DNA from: Thalassobaculaceae bacterium
GTDB taxonomy: Bacteria > Pseudomonadota > Alphaproteobacteria > Thalassobaculales > Thalassobaculaceae
Direction of reading: 5' to 3'
Assembly (NCBI GenBank): GCA_040223655.1
Contig: JAVKFT010000028.1
Location: 234,230-298,229, forward strand
Length of the DNA: 64,000 nt
Under the pieces are notes generated by a model, which was not told the origin of the DNA, made no database searches, and worked only from the letters and a program-made list of their open reading frames with translations. The translations under genes and the position numbers were made by a program. Shown piece after piece: positions 30,936-40,423 of the stretch (the first letter of the stretch is position 1; every line of letters begins with the position of its first letter).

Positions 30936-31535
30936 ATGATCGCCAACAGCGTGACCCGCTGGTCCCGGCGCATCGGTCTCGCCGCCGTCGCAACGGTTGC
31001 CGCCCTCCCGTCCTGGGCGGCGACCGACGGCGGAGGCGGTGGCCTGCCGCAGCTCGACGTCAGCACCTATCCGACCCAGATCTTCTGGCTGTTCGTCAGT
31101 TTCGCCCTGCTCTACTTCGTGATGTCGAAGGTCGCGATCCCGCGCATCGCCGACGTTCTCGAAGAGCGCCAAGAGCGGATCGAGGACGACATCGAGACCG
31201 CCGACCGCCTTCGGGCCGAAGCGGAAGCGGTGAAGGCCGAATACGAGAAGGCGGTGGCCGACGCCCGCTCCGAGGCGCACGACCGTGTCCGCAAGGTCAT
31301 GGACGAGATCGCCGACTCCCATGCAAAGGCCGAGGCCGAGGCGGCGAAGAAGACCGCCGAGACCACCAAGGCCGCCGAGGCCCGGATCGCCGAACAGCGC
31401 ACCGAGGCTCTGGAAAGCCTGAAGTCCGTCGCCAGCGAAGCCGCCGCCGAGGCGACCGCCAAGCTGACCGGGCTGAAGGTGACCGACGCCAAGGTCGGCA
31501 AGGCTGTCGACGCGGCGATGCAGGGAGGTGCGTGA
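30936..31535 (+). CDS. ATP synthase F0 subunit b'
   Basis: GLPQLDVSTYPTQIFWL then Ala/Glu coiled coil; between atpE and atpF. Confidence 0.93.
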   Translation: MIANSVTRWSRRIGLAAVATVAALPSWAATDGGGGGLPQLDVSTYPTQIFWLFVSFALLYFVMSKVAIPRIADVLEERQERIEDDIETADRLRAEAEAVKAEYEKAVADARSEAHDRVRKVMDEIADSHAKAEAEAAKKTAETTKAAEARIAEQRTEALESLKSVASEAAAEATAKLTGLKVTDAKVGKAVDAAMQGGA

Positions 31536-32017
31536 TGTTCTCAGATCCGACATTCTGGGTCGCCGTCTCCTTCGTCCTGTTCCTGGGCCTGGTGTTCTGG
31601 AAGGGCTGGAGCAGCATCGTCAGCAGCCTCGACAAGCGGGCCGAGGAGATCAAGCGCAAGCTCGACGAGGCGCAGCAGCTCCGTGAGGAGGCGCAGGCCG
31701 CCAAGGCCGACTACCAGCGCCGCCAGCGGGACGCCCTTCAGGAGGCCGAGGCCATCCTGGAGCATGCCAAAACCGAGGCCGCCCGCATGCGCGAGGAGGC
31801 CGAGTCGAAGCTCGAACAGTCCCTCGCCCGCCGCGAGCAGCTTGCCATGGAGAAGATCCAGGCCGCCGAAGCCAAGGCGCTTCAGGAAGTTCGGGCGCAG
31901 ATGGTCGACCTGGCCGTTGCCGCAACCCGGCGCCTGATCCAGGACAACATCGACGACGCGACCCAGCACAAGCTGGTCGCCAACGCCATCGACGAGATTC
32001 CGACGCGCCTGCAGTAA
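31532..32017 (+). CDS. atpF: ATP synthase F0 subunit b
   Basis: DPTFWVAVSF, LDKRAEEIK, coiled coil. Confidence 0.95.
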   Translation: MMFSDPTFWVAVSFVLFLGLVFWKGWSSIVSSLDKRAEEIKRKLDEAQQLREEAQAAKADYQRRQRDALQEAEAILEHAKTEAARMREEAESKLEQSLARREQLAMEKIQAAEAKALQEVRAQMVDLAVAATRRLIQDNIDDATQHKLVANAIDEIPTRLQ

Positions 32018-32045
32018 CGCGCGCGGCTCCCGGCGAGACGGATCG

Positions 32046-32075
32046 CGGCCCGGCAGTTCCCTGCCGGGCCGTTTT
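32046..32075 (+). terminator. Rho-independent terminator of the atp operon
   Basis: CGGCCCGGCAG-TTCC-CTGCCGGGCCG then TTTT. Confidence 0.85.
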
Positions 32076-32101
32076 CCGTTCGGCCGGATGGGAATTGAGA
32101 C

Positions 32102-32872
32102 CTAATCCTGCGGTGTGTCCGCCCTGTCGCCGTCGAACATAAGCCGAAGACGGGCGCGCTGCGCCTCACGGATGTGGTGGCGCGCCGCCTGCTCGGCCCG
32201 GGCCTGATCCCGCGCCTCGATCGCCGAAAGTATCTCTTCGTGCTCCTGCCGCGCCGTCCCCGACCGGCCGGTCAGCGACAGGGTGGTCATGCCGAGCAGC
32301 GCCATGGCGTCGCTCAGAACGTTCAGGGTCTTGAGCAGATAGCGGTTATGCGCGGCACGGTACAGGGTGCCGTGGAACTGGCGGTTATGGGTGGCCAAGG
32401 CCTTCGGGTCGCCGTCCCCCGGATCGGCGGCGATCAGATCGCGGATCAGGGTGATCTCGGCCTCGGAGGCGTGACGTGCCGCCAAGCCCGCCGCCGTGCC
32501 CTCCAGCACCTCGCGCATCTGATAGAGCTCCATCACCGCCTGATGGTCGAGCTCGGCGATGACCATGCCGCGATAGGGAACGAAGGTGAGCAGCCCATCG
32601 GCTTCCAACCGGCGCAGCGCCTCGCGCACCGGCGTCCGGCTCACCTCCAGCCGCTTGGCCATCTCGATTTCGCGGATCCGTTCGCCCGGCTTCAGCTCGC
32701 CGGCCTGGATCGCCTCGCGCAGACGGTGATAGGTCCACTCGCCCCGCGACTCGGAGGGCCGCGACTCCGAGGGCCGCGGGTCCGAAGGCTGTGACGCGGA
32801 CGGGCGGGCGGCCTCCTCGCCGCCACCGCGCCCGCCATCGACCGGATTCAGTTTTTTCGAGCCCCGCGCCAT
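32102..32872 (-). CDS. GntR family (FCD) transcriptional regulator
   Basis: LKPGERIRE..MAKRLEVSRTPVREAL, NRQFHGTL, EHEEILSAI, HHI. Confidence 0.92.
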   Translation of the reverse strand: MARGSKKLNPVDGGRGGGEEAARPSASQPSDPRPSESRPSESRGEWTYHRLREAIQAGELKPGERIREIEMAKRLEVSRTPVREALRRLEADGLLTFVPYRGMVIAELDHQAVMELYQMREVLEGTAAGLAARHASEAEITLIRDLIAADPGDGDPKALATHNRQFHGTLYRAAHNRYLLKTLNVLSDAMALLGMTTLSLTGRSGTARQEHEEILSAIEARDQARAEQAARHHIREAQRARLRLMFDGDRADTPQD

Positions 32873-32887
32873 GCCGGGGAGTATGCC

Positions 32888-34390
32888 CTACTCGGCGGCT
32901 TTGACACGACCCGAAGTTGCCTCTTCGCCCGCACCGGCGCCGGCCAGCTTGCCGAACACCGCGCCGGACATCAGCCCGGTGCCGCCCGGATAGTTGAAAT
33001 AGAACAGGCCGCCGACGAGCTCGCCCGCCGCGTACAGCCCTGGAATCGGGTTCATGTCCACGTCGACCACCTGGCCGCGGTCGTCGATGCGCAGGCCGCC
33101 GAAGGTGAAGGTGATGCCGCAGGTGACCTGATAGGCCTCGAACGGCCCCTGCTCGATCCGCACCGCCCAGTTCGACTTCGGCACCGCGAGGCCCTCGGTT
33201 CCCCGGCCGTCCTTGACGTTGGGGTTGAAGGCAACGTCGGTCTGGACCGCGTCGTTATAGGCCTTCACCTCGGCCAGGAAGGCGTCCTTGTCCACGCCCT
33301 CGAGCTTGCCCGCAAGCTCCTCGAGGGTCTCGCCGGTGACCTTGGTGACCTGGCGGATACGGTACTCGTCGCGCTGCAGGTGCACGGTCTGCTGGTCGAA
33401 GATTTGCCACGCCATCTGGCCCGGCTGGTTGAGGATCACGCGGCCGTATTTGGCATAGGTGTAGTTACGGAAGTCCGCCCCCTCGTCGACGAAGCGCTTG
33501 CCGTCGGCGTTGACCATGATCGAGAACGGGTAGGAGTGCTTCTGGAAGTTGTCGCCGACCGCCAGATCGCCGAATTCCGGCGCGTTGAAATCCCATCCCA
33601 CCGCGTGGCCGCCGGACCAGTTGCCGTAGGGGCAGGCGCCGATCTCCAGCGCCATGCGGATGCCGTCGCCGGTGTTGAAGCGGGTGCCGCGCACCTTCGC
33701 CAATTCCCAGCCGGGCCCCATGTAGCGGGTCCGCCATTCCGGGTTCGCCTCGAAGCCGCCGCTGGCCAGCACGACCGACCGGGCGTGGATCGTCTCGATG
33801 CCGTTGGGGCCCTTCACCTTGACGCCCGACACCTTCACGTCGTCGTAGATCAGCGACAGGGCGCGGGTGCCGTAGCGGATCTCGATGCCGTTCTTCTCCG
33901 CCGCCTGCCACAGGGCCTCCACCAGGCCGGGACCGCCGCCCCAGGCCTCCACCGTCAGGCCGCCCCAAAACTTGAACTTGCCGTCGACCTTGAACGCCTG
34001 GCGTCCCCAGATCGGCTGGAACCGCACGCCTTTGCCCTTCATCCACATGAGCGTGTCGTAGGACGACGTGACCAGGGTCTCCGCCAGGTCCGGATTGCAG
34101 CGGTACTGGGTCACCCGGAACATGTCGTCGAAGAACTGGTCCGAGGTGTAGGTCCCGAAGTCGGTGATCGCCACTTCCTCGTCGGTGATGTCGGGCATCA
34201 GCGCACGAAGATCGTCGACCCCGTTGTAGACCGTGCGGATGGCGCCGGCGGTGAAGCGGGTGTTGCCGCCGCCCTCGTCCTCGGACGCCCGCTCCAGCAC
34301 CAGGACGGAGGCCCCGGTCTCCCGCGCCGACAGCGCGGCACAGAGCGCAGCGTTTCCGGCACCGACGACGACGACATCCCATTCAGCCAT
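32888..34390 (-). CDS. tcuA: FAD-dependent tricarballylate dehydrogenase TcuA family protein
   Basis: VVVVGAGNAALCAALSA, GGNTRFT, LASGGFEAN..WR, RFVDEG, ITFTFGGL, PGLYAAGE..G.F..NYPGGTG; substrate unproven. Confidence 0.75.
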   Translation of the reverse strand: MAEWDVVVVGAGNAALCAALSARETGASVLVLERASEDEGGGNTRFTAGAIRTVYNGVDDLRALMPDITDEEVAITDFGTYTSDQFFDDMFRVTQYRCNPDLAETLVTSSYDTLMWMKGKGVRFQPIWGRQAFKVDGKFKFWGGLTVEAWGGGPGLVEALWQAAEKNGIEIRYGTRALSLIYDDVKVSGVKVKGPNGIETIHARSVVLASGGFEANPEWRTRYMGPGWELAKVRGTRFNTGDGIRMALEIGACPYGNWSGGHAVGWDFNAPEFGDLAVGDNFQKHSYPFSIMVNADGKRFVDEGADFRNYTYAKYGRVILNQPGQMAWQIFDQQTVHLQRDEYRIRQVTKVTGETLEELAGKLEGVDKDAFLAEVKAYNDAVQTDVAFNPNVKDGRGTEGLAVPKSNWAVRIEQGPFEAYQVTCGITFTFGGLRIDDRGQVVDVDMNPIPGLYAAGELVGGLFYFNYPGGTGLMSGAVFGKLAGAGAGEEATSGRVKAAE

Positions 34391-34464
34391 GGCTCTCTCT
34401 CCTTAGGGGCGCTCACGCACCGGGTCCGCGCTTCGCCGACCCTCGGCTATTTAATCTCAATTCT

Positions 34465-34474
34465 TTGTATACAA
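34465..34474. promoter_or_regulatory. Candidate GntR/FadR-family operator upstream of tcuA
   Basis: Perfect palindrome TTGTATACAA in an AT-rich patch ~75 bp upstream of the tcuA start. Confidence 0.65.
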
Positions 34475-34604
34475 TCCGGGACGACGCCCTGTCCAGCATC
34501 GCGAGTGCGCCTGGCCCGGAGCCAACCGCCGCCGGAGCCGCCAACCGCCGGCAGGGCGACATCAGCAATCGCCAAGGCGGCGACGCAGCGGTTAGTCTCT
34601 CGCG

Positions 34605-34970
34605 ATGCGTCCGTGGAACCAGACCGTCGGCCCCCGTCTTCGCGTGGTGATCGCCCCCAACGTGGCCGTCGGCCCGGGCAAGGCCGATCTGCTGCAGGGC
34701 GTGGTCGAGACCGGCTCCATCGCCGCCGCCGGCCGACGCCTCGGGATGAGCTACAAGCGCGCCTGGGGCCTCGTCGAGGGCATGAAGGAGGATTTTGGCG
34801 CGCCGCTGGTCACGACCAGCCGCGGCGGATCGGCGCGGGGCGGCGCGGAACTGACCGACCTCGGCCGCACGGTCCTGGATCTCTACCGGCGGATGGAGGA
34901 TCAGGCGGCCGCCGCGACCCAGGAGGAACTGGCGGAACTCCAGGACCTCCTCGCCTGCCAACGGGACTGA
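34605..34970 (+). CDS. modE: Short ModE-type regulator (wHTH domain only)
   Basis: GPGKADLL..V.ETGSIAAAGRRLGMSYKRAW.LV, GG..GGA.LT..G; no TOBE domains. Confidence 0.88.
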   Translation: MRPWNQTVGPRLRVVIAPNVAVGPGKADLLQGVVETGSIAAAGRRLGMSYKRAWGLVEGMKEDFGAPLVTTSRGGSARGGAELTDLGRTVLDLYRRMEDQAAAATQEELAELQDLLACQRD

Positions 34971-35033
34971 TCCAGCGGGCCCGATCCCGGCTCCAGAGGG
35001 CGGTTGACCCGACATTTCCGGCATGACACGGTT

Positions 35034-35059
35034 CCGATATAGCCATCAAAACATATCGG
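35034..35059. promoter_or_regulatory. Candidate ModE box upstream of modA
   Basis: CCGATAT-N12-ATATCGG inverted repeat resembling the CGNTATA-N-TATANCG ModE/Mop consensus. Confidence 0.7.
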
Positions 35060-35064
35060 CATCC

Positions 35065-35823
35065 ATGAACCCTCTGATCCGCATCCTCCAGCGGGCGGCG
35101 CTCTCTCTGACGCTGATCGTGGCCGCGACGGCGTTGCAGGCCGCGGAGGTGCGGGTCGCCGTCGCCGCCAACTTCATCGACGCGGCGAAGGAGATCGGCG
35201 CGGCGTTCGAGGCAGAGACCGGGCACCGCGCCGTCCTGAGTTTCGCGTCCACCGGCCAGCTCTTCACCCAGATCGCCGCCGGCGCGCCCTTCGACGTCTT
35301 CCTGGCCGCCGACCGGGACCGCCCGCACCGCGCCGTCGCCGACGGGCTCGCCGACCCGGATCACCGCTTTACCTACGCCTATGGCCGCCTCGTCCTGCAC
35401 AGCCGGGAGCCCGATCTCGTGGTCGGCCCGGAGACCCTCGCCCGCGACCCCGTCGGCCGGCTCGCCATCGCCAACCCCGCAACCGCCCCCTACGGCTTCG
35501 CCGCCGTCCAGGTCCTCGAGCGCCTGGGACAGTGGGAGCGGTATGCGACCTCGGTCGTGCGGGGTACGAGCATCGCCCAGACCTACCAGTTCGTGGCGAC
35601 CGGCAACGCAGAGCTGGGCTTCGTTTCCGCCTCCCAACTCGCCGACCGGACCGGCGGCTCGCGCTGGCCGGTGCCGGACGATCTGCACGACCCGATCGCC
35701 CAGGACGCGGTTCTGCTGACGTCGGCGGCGGACCGTGAAGCGGCGCTGGCCTTCCTCGCGTTCCTGAAGGGTCCGCGGGCGGCAGCGATCGTCGAGCGCT
35801 TCGGCTACGCGCCGGGCCGATAG
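35065..35823 (+). CDS. modA: Molybdate ABC transporter substrate-binding protein
   Basis: VAVAANF, FASTGQL..QI..GAPFDVFLAAD, IANP.TAPYG.AA, PIAQDAVLL. Confidence 0.95.
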   Translation: MNPLIRILQRAALSLTLIVAATALQAAEVRVAVAANFIDAAKEIGAAFEAETGHRAVLSFASTGQLFTQIAAGAPFDVFLAADRDRPHRAVADGLADPDHRFTYAYGRLVLHSREPDLVVGPETLARDPVGRLAIANPATAPYGFAAVQVLERLGQWERYATSVVRGTSIAQTYQFVATGNAELGFVSASQLADRTGGSRWPVPDDLHDPIAQDAVLLTSAADREAALAFLAFLKGPRAAAIVERFGYAPGR

Positions 35824-35835
35824 CGGAAGCCGCCC

Positions 35836-36519
35836 ATGCCCGATCTCGCCGAGCTCTGGTCGCCGGTCCGCCTCACCCTGATCCTGGCGGCCGTATCGAC
35901 GCTGGTGCTGCTGGTCGTCGCCACCCCCATCGCCTGGTGGCTGGCCCGCTCGTCGGCGCGCTGGAAGGAGGCGGTGGCCGCGATCGTCGCCCTGCCCCTT
36001 GTCCTGCCGCCCACCGTGCTCGGCTTCTACCTGCTGATCCTGCTGGGGCCGGACGGGCCGGGCGGTTGGCTCGCCGAGTTCGGCGGCGCCCGCTCCCTCG
36101 CCTTCACCTTCACCGGTCTGGTGATCGGGTCCGTGGTCTATTCCCTGCCCTTCGTCGTTCAGCCGATCCGCAATGCCTTCGAGGCCATGGGCGACCGCCC
36201 GCTGGAGGTCGCCGCCACCCTGCGGGCCGGCCCCTGGGACCGGTTCTGGAGCGTCGCGGTGCCGCTGGCCCGCCGCGGATTCCTGACCGGCGCGGTCCTC
36301 GGCTTCGCCCATACCATGGGCGAGTTCGGCGTGATCCTGATGATCGGCGGCAACATCCCCGGCGAGACCCGCGTTCTGTCCATCGCCATCTACGACTATG
36401 TGGAGACCCTGCGCTGGACCGAGGCGCATGTGCTGTCCGCGGGCATGGTGGTCTTCGCCTTCGCGGTGATCCTGGCGATGCTGGTGCTGGAGAAACGCAT
36501 TGGGCGGGCGAAACCGTGA
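35836..36519 (+). CDS. modB: Molybdate ABC transporter permease
   Basis: [41 protein letters not shown]. Confidence 0.96.
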   Translation: MPDLAELWSPVRLTLILAAVSTLVLLVVATPIAWWLARSSARWKEAVAAIVALPLVLPPTVLGFYLLILLGPDGPGGWLAEFGGARSLAFTFTGLVIGSVVYSLPFVVQPIRNAFEAMGDRPLEVAATLRAGPWDRFWSVAVPLARRGFLTGAVLGFAHTMGEFGVILMIGGNIPGETRVLSIAIYDYVETLRWTEAHVLSAGMVVFAFAVILAMLVLEKRIGRAKP

Positions 36520-37640
36520 CCGGGCCCGACGCCGGCCACAGGCTCGACGCCGCCGCCGATACGATCGACGCCCGGTTCGCCGGCGCCGTCGGGAGCTTCG
36601 CCCTCGACGTCGCCTTCACCGCGCCGATGCGGGGCATCACGGCGTTGTTCGGCCCCTCGGGCTCGGGCAAGACGACGGTGCTCCGCGCCATGGCGGGCCT
36701 GACCCGCCTGTCAGGCCGTCTGTCGGTCGGCGGCGAGGTCTGGCAGGACGATGTCGCCGGCCGCCACCTGCCGCCGCACCGTCGGGACATCGGCTACGTC
36801 TTCCAGGAGGCGAGCCTGTTTTCCCACCTGTCGGTGCGCCGCAACCTGCTCTACGGCGCGCGCAGGGCCGAAGGACGGCAAGCTGTGATCGGCTTCGAGG
36901 AGGCGGTCTCGCTGCTCGGCCTGGAGCGACTGTTGGAGCGGGGGCCGGGCGGCCTGTCCGGCGGCGAACGCCAGCGCGTCGCCATCGGCCGCGCCCTCCT
37001 GTCGGCGCCCCGGCTGCTACTCCTGGACGAGCCGCTCTCGGCGCTGGACGAGGCGTCCCGGGCCGATATCCTCGCCACCTTCGAGCGCCTGCACGACGCC
37101 CTGCCGGTCCCGGCGGTCTATATCAGCCACGATCTGGCCGAGGTCGCCCGGCTCGCCGACCGCATGGTCGTGCTGTCCAAGGGACGGGTGATCGCCGAGG
37201 GCGAGGTCGGCGCGATTCTGGAACGCCTCGACCTGGCGCCCGCCACCGGACGGTTCGAGGCCGGCGTCGTGCTGACCGCGTCCGTCGTCGGTCACGACCC
37301 CGCCTACCAGCTCACCCGCCTCGATCTCGCGGGTCAGGCGGTGTCGATCCCGCGGGTCGCGGTCGCGGTCGGCGAGACCGTACGGCTGCGCATCCGCGCC
37401 CGCGACGTGGCGCTGGCCACGGCACCACCCGACGGGATCAGTATCCGCAACCGGCTTGCCGGGCGGATCGTCGAGATCGCCGCCACAGAGGCCACACCCT
37501 ATGCCGAGACCCTGGTCGAGATCGCCGACGGCGTCCGGCTGCGGTCGCGGGTGACCCGGGAGTCGGTGGCGGATCTCGGGCTCGCTGTCGGCACCCCGGT
37601 CTTCGCGCTGGTCAAGACGATCTCCTTCGAGGGCCGCTAG
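36516..37640 (+). CDS. modC: Molybdate ABC transporter ATP-binding protein
   Basis: [32 protein letters not shown]-terminal TOBE; GTG start. Confidence 0.95.
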   Translation: MTGPDAGHRLDAAADTIDARFAGAVGSFALDVAFTAPMRGITALFGPSGSGKTTVLRAMAGLTRLSGRLSVGGEVWQDDVAGRHLPPHRRDIGYVFQEASLFSHLSVRRNLLYGARRAEGRQAVIGFEEAVSLLGLERLLERGPGGLSGGERQRVAIGRALLSAPRLLLLDEPLSALDEASRADILATFERLHDALPVPAVYISHDLAEVARLADRMVVLSKGRVIAEGEVGAILERLDLAPATGRFEAGVVLTASVVGHDPAYQLTRLDLAGQAVSIPRVAVAVGETVRLRIRARDVALATAPPDGISIRNRLAGRIVEIAATEATPYAETLVEIADGVRLRSRVTRESVADLGLAVGTPVFALVKTISFEGR

Positions 37641-37689
37641 AGCGCGATCGGTTCAGAATGAATCGATCTGAACCGTGAATCGCCCTCTA
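37638..37689. repeat. 52-bp palindromic element overlapping the modC stop codon (family 3)
   Basis: TAGAGCGCGAT...ATCGCCCTCTA terminal inverted repeats, inner CGGTTCAGA...TCTGAACCG stem. Confidence 0.7.
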
Positions 37690-37889
37690 ACTCATTAACG
37701 ATAGGGCAAATTCACACGACCGGATGGTGCCATCCGGTCGTGATTTTCTCTAGAATTCCCGCAAGACGGATACGGGATTGCAAAGCGATTCCAACTGCTC
37801 CCGTCGGGCGATAGAATCGCGCGCCCGCCCGGACAGATGCCATCCGGACTGACGCCACCCGGGCAGACGCCGACCGACGGACCGCCGCC

Positions 37890-38366
37890 ATGACCCGATC
37901 CATTCTCCTTATCGAACAGGACACCACCCGAGCGGCGCAGTTCCAGTCCGCCGTCGCGACCCGGACTCTCCGGGTGACCGTGGCTCCCGGGATCGACGAG
38001 GCGCTGCTCATGATCACCACCTCGCCTCCCGACGTGATCGTTGTCTCGCCGCCGCCGAAGGAGAAGACGCCCCGCGACGCCAAGGCCGACCGCCCGCCGC
38101 CCCAGGGCATCGCCACGGTGAAGCGCCTGCGCTCGGTCGAGCGGTTTCCCGGTCCGATTCTGGTTCTGACCGACAGCATGGCACGCGACGATCAGCTTGA
38201 CTTCTACAAGGCCGGTGCCGACGACCTGTGTCCGCGCTGGAGCGGCCTCGCCTACACGATCGAGCGCCTGTCCTTCTGGTTCGAGAACACGACCAACAGC
38301 CTGAAGGCGTTCGAACGGCGCAAGGCCGCGATCGATGCCCTGCTCGACCCGAAGCCCCGGAGCTGA
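37890..38366 (+). CDS. Atypical (pseudo-)receiver domain protein
   Basis: ILLIEQD, PPDVIVVS (Ser at the phospho-Asp position), PILVLT, GADDLCPR; Pro-rich insertion. Confidence 0.65.
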   Translation: MTRSILLIEQDTTRAAQFQSAVATRTLRVTVAPGIDEALLMITTSPPDVIVVSPPPKEKTPRDAKADRPPPQGIATVKRLRSVERFPGPILVLTDSMARDDQLDFYKAGADDLCPRWSGLAYTIERLSFWFENTTNSLKAFERRKAAIDALLDPKPRS

Positions 38367-38505
38367 CGAAGCATTCGCGCACGGATGGAACGGGTCTTTC
38401 GTCCGGGCGCCGGTACCCTTTCCCACCCCGCGGTGATTGACTCGCCGCCGCGACGGACGACCTCAGAGACCGGCACCGACGACCGCAAGCAGGGGGAGAC
38501 AGACC

Positions 38506-39711
38506 ATGGCCGGACCGCTCGAAGGGTTTCGCATCATCGACTTGACCAGCGTGGTCTCGGGCCCGCTCGGCACGATGGTGCTTGCCGACCAGGGGGCGGA
38601 GGTCATCAAGATCGAGCATCCGGCGGGCGGCGACTTCACCCGGGCCATGGCCAACCGGCGCGGCGGGTTCTCCGCCTCCTTCCTGAACAACAACCGCTCC
38701 AAGAAGTCGGTCGCCCTAAACCTGAAGGATCCGCGGGGGGTCGAGGCCGTCTTGAAGCTCGCCGCCACGGCGGACGCCTTCGTGCAGAACTTCCGGCCCG
38801 GCGTGGTCGACCGCATGGGCCTCGGCGAGGCGGCGGTGCGGGCGGCGAACCCGTCCATCGTCTACTGCTCGATCAGCGGCTTCGGCGACGCCGGCCCCTA
38901 CGCCGACAAGCCGGTCTACGACCCGCTCGTCCAGGCGCTGTCGGGGCTGACCTCGATCCAGGGCGGCTCGGACGAGGCGCGGCCCCGGCTCGTGCGCACC
39001 ATCATCCCGGACAAGCTGACCGGCTATACCTCGGCCCAGGCGATCACCGCCGCCCTGCTGAAGCGCGAGCGCTCGGGCGAAGGCCAGCACGTGAAGGTCT
39101 CCATGCTGGACAGCGTGATCGACTTCCTCTGGCATTCGGACATGGGCAGCCAGACCTTCGTCGGCGGCGAACTGCCCCAGGAGAAGGCGGCGAGCTTCAT
39201 CGACCTGATCTACGAGACCACCGACGGCTACATCACCGTGGCGGTCAACACCGACAAGCAGTGGAAGGCCCTGACCGCCGCGCTGGAGCGCCCGGAATGG
39301 CTGGAAGATCCGCGCTTTCTCACGCCGGCCCTGCGGCACGAAAACATCGACGACCGCCTGACCCTGACCCAGGAGGTGCTCGCCACCGCAAGCTCGGCCC
39401 ACTGGCTGGAGCGGCTGGAGGCCCATGACGTGCCCTGCGCCCCGGTGCTGACCCGCTCCGACATGATCGACCATCCGCAGATCCGGGCGTCGGGCATCGT
39501 CGTCGAGCTCGACCACCCGCAGGCTGGGCGCGTGCGTCAGGCAAGACCCGCCGCGACCTTCTCGGTCACCGAGCCGGACCTCTCCAACGGCGCCCCGGTG
39601 CTGGGGGCCGATACCGACGCGATGCTCGCCGCCGCCGGCTTCAGCCAGGCGGAGATCGCCACCCTGCGCGCCGAGGGCGTCGCCGGCACCCGCCAGGAGG
39701 ACGCGGCATGA
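38506..39711 (+). CDS. CaiB/BaiF family III CoA-transferase
   Basis: PLEGFRIIDLT, LADQGAEVIKIE, NRSKKSVALNLK, QNFRPG, YCSISGFG..GP. Confidence 0.93.
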   Translation: MAGPLEGFRIIDLTSVVSGPLGTMVLADQGAEVIKIEHPAGGDFTRAMANRRGGFSASFLNNNRSKKSVALNLKDPRGVEAVLKLAATADAFVQNFRPGVVDRMGLGEAAVRAANPSIVYCSISGFGDAGPYADKPVYDPLVQALSGLTSIQGGSDEARPRLVRTIIPDKLTGYTSAQAITAALLKRERSGEGQHVKVSMLDSVIDFLWHSDMGSQTFVGGELPQEKAASFIDLIYETTDGYITVAVNTDKQWKALTAALERPEWLEDPRFLTPALRHENIDDRLTLTQEVLATASSAHWLERLEAHDVPCAPVLTRSDMIDHPQIRASGIVVELDHPQAGRVRQARPAATFSVTEPDLSNGAPVLGADTDAMLAAAGFSQAEIATLRAEGVAGTRQEDAA

Positions 39712-40403
39712 TCGACTTCCACTACTGGCCGACGCCGAACGGATGGAAGGTGGCGATCCTGCTGGAGGAGCTGGGCGTCGACTACACGCTCATCCCGCTG
39801 AACATCTCCAAGGGCGAGCAGTTCACCCCCGAATTCCTGGCGATCAGCCCAAACAACCGCATGCCCGCCATCGTCGATCGCGGGGTGGACGGCGCGCCGG
39901 TTACCGTCTTCGAGTCCGGGGCCATCCTCTACTACCTCGCCCGCAAGACCGGCCGCTTCATCCCGTCCGATCCGGTCGGAGAGAAGGAGGTGCTGGAATG
40001 GCTGTTCTGGCAGACCGGCAACCAGGGGCCTATGGCCGGGCAGCTCAGCCATTTCGTCAACTACGCGCCCGAGGACGTGCCCTACGCCAAGACCCGCTAT
40101 CTCAACGAGTACGACCGCTGCGTCGCCGTGCTGGAACGGAGGCTGGAGGACCGGGGCTGGATCGTCGGCGACGCCTACACCATCGCCGACATGATCTGCT
40201 GGCCCTGGGTGCTGATCGCCAAGCCGCTCGGCGCCTCGCTGGACGCCTATCCCAATGTCAGCCGCTGGCGGGCGGCGATCAAGGACCGGCCCGCCGTGCA
40301 GCGTGCCGTCGATCTCGGCAAGGAGTTCCGCCGCTCGGCCCCACCGGACGAGGCCGAGCGCAAGATCCTGTTCACCCAGAGCGGCGCGAGCCTGACGCGG
40401 TAG
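39708..40403 (+). CDS. Glutathione S-transferase (YfcG-like disulfide oxidoreductase)
   Basis: PTPNGWK, ISPNNRMPAIVD, FESGAIL.YLA, WLFWQ...QGPM, TIADM. Confidence 0.9.
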   Translation: MIDFHYWPTPNGWKVAILLEELGVDYTLIPLNISKGEQFTPEFLAISPNNRMPAIVDRGVDGAPVTVFESGAILYYLARKTGRFIPSDPVGEKEVLEWLFWQTGNQGPMAGQLSHFVNYAPEDVPYAKTRYLNEYDRCVAVLERRLEDRGWIVGDAYTIADMICWPWVLIAKPLGASLDAYPNVSRWRAAIKDRPAVQRAVDLGKEFRRSAPPDEAERKILFTQSGASLTR

Positions 40404-40423
40404 GCGGCTCCCTCACCCAAGCC

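Noticed and set aside
32745-32800. 15-bp tandem repeat encoding RPSES in the GntR N-terminus
   Set aside because: Short low-complexity extension with no evidence of function.
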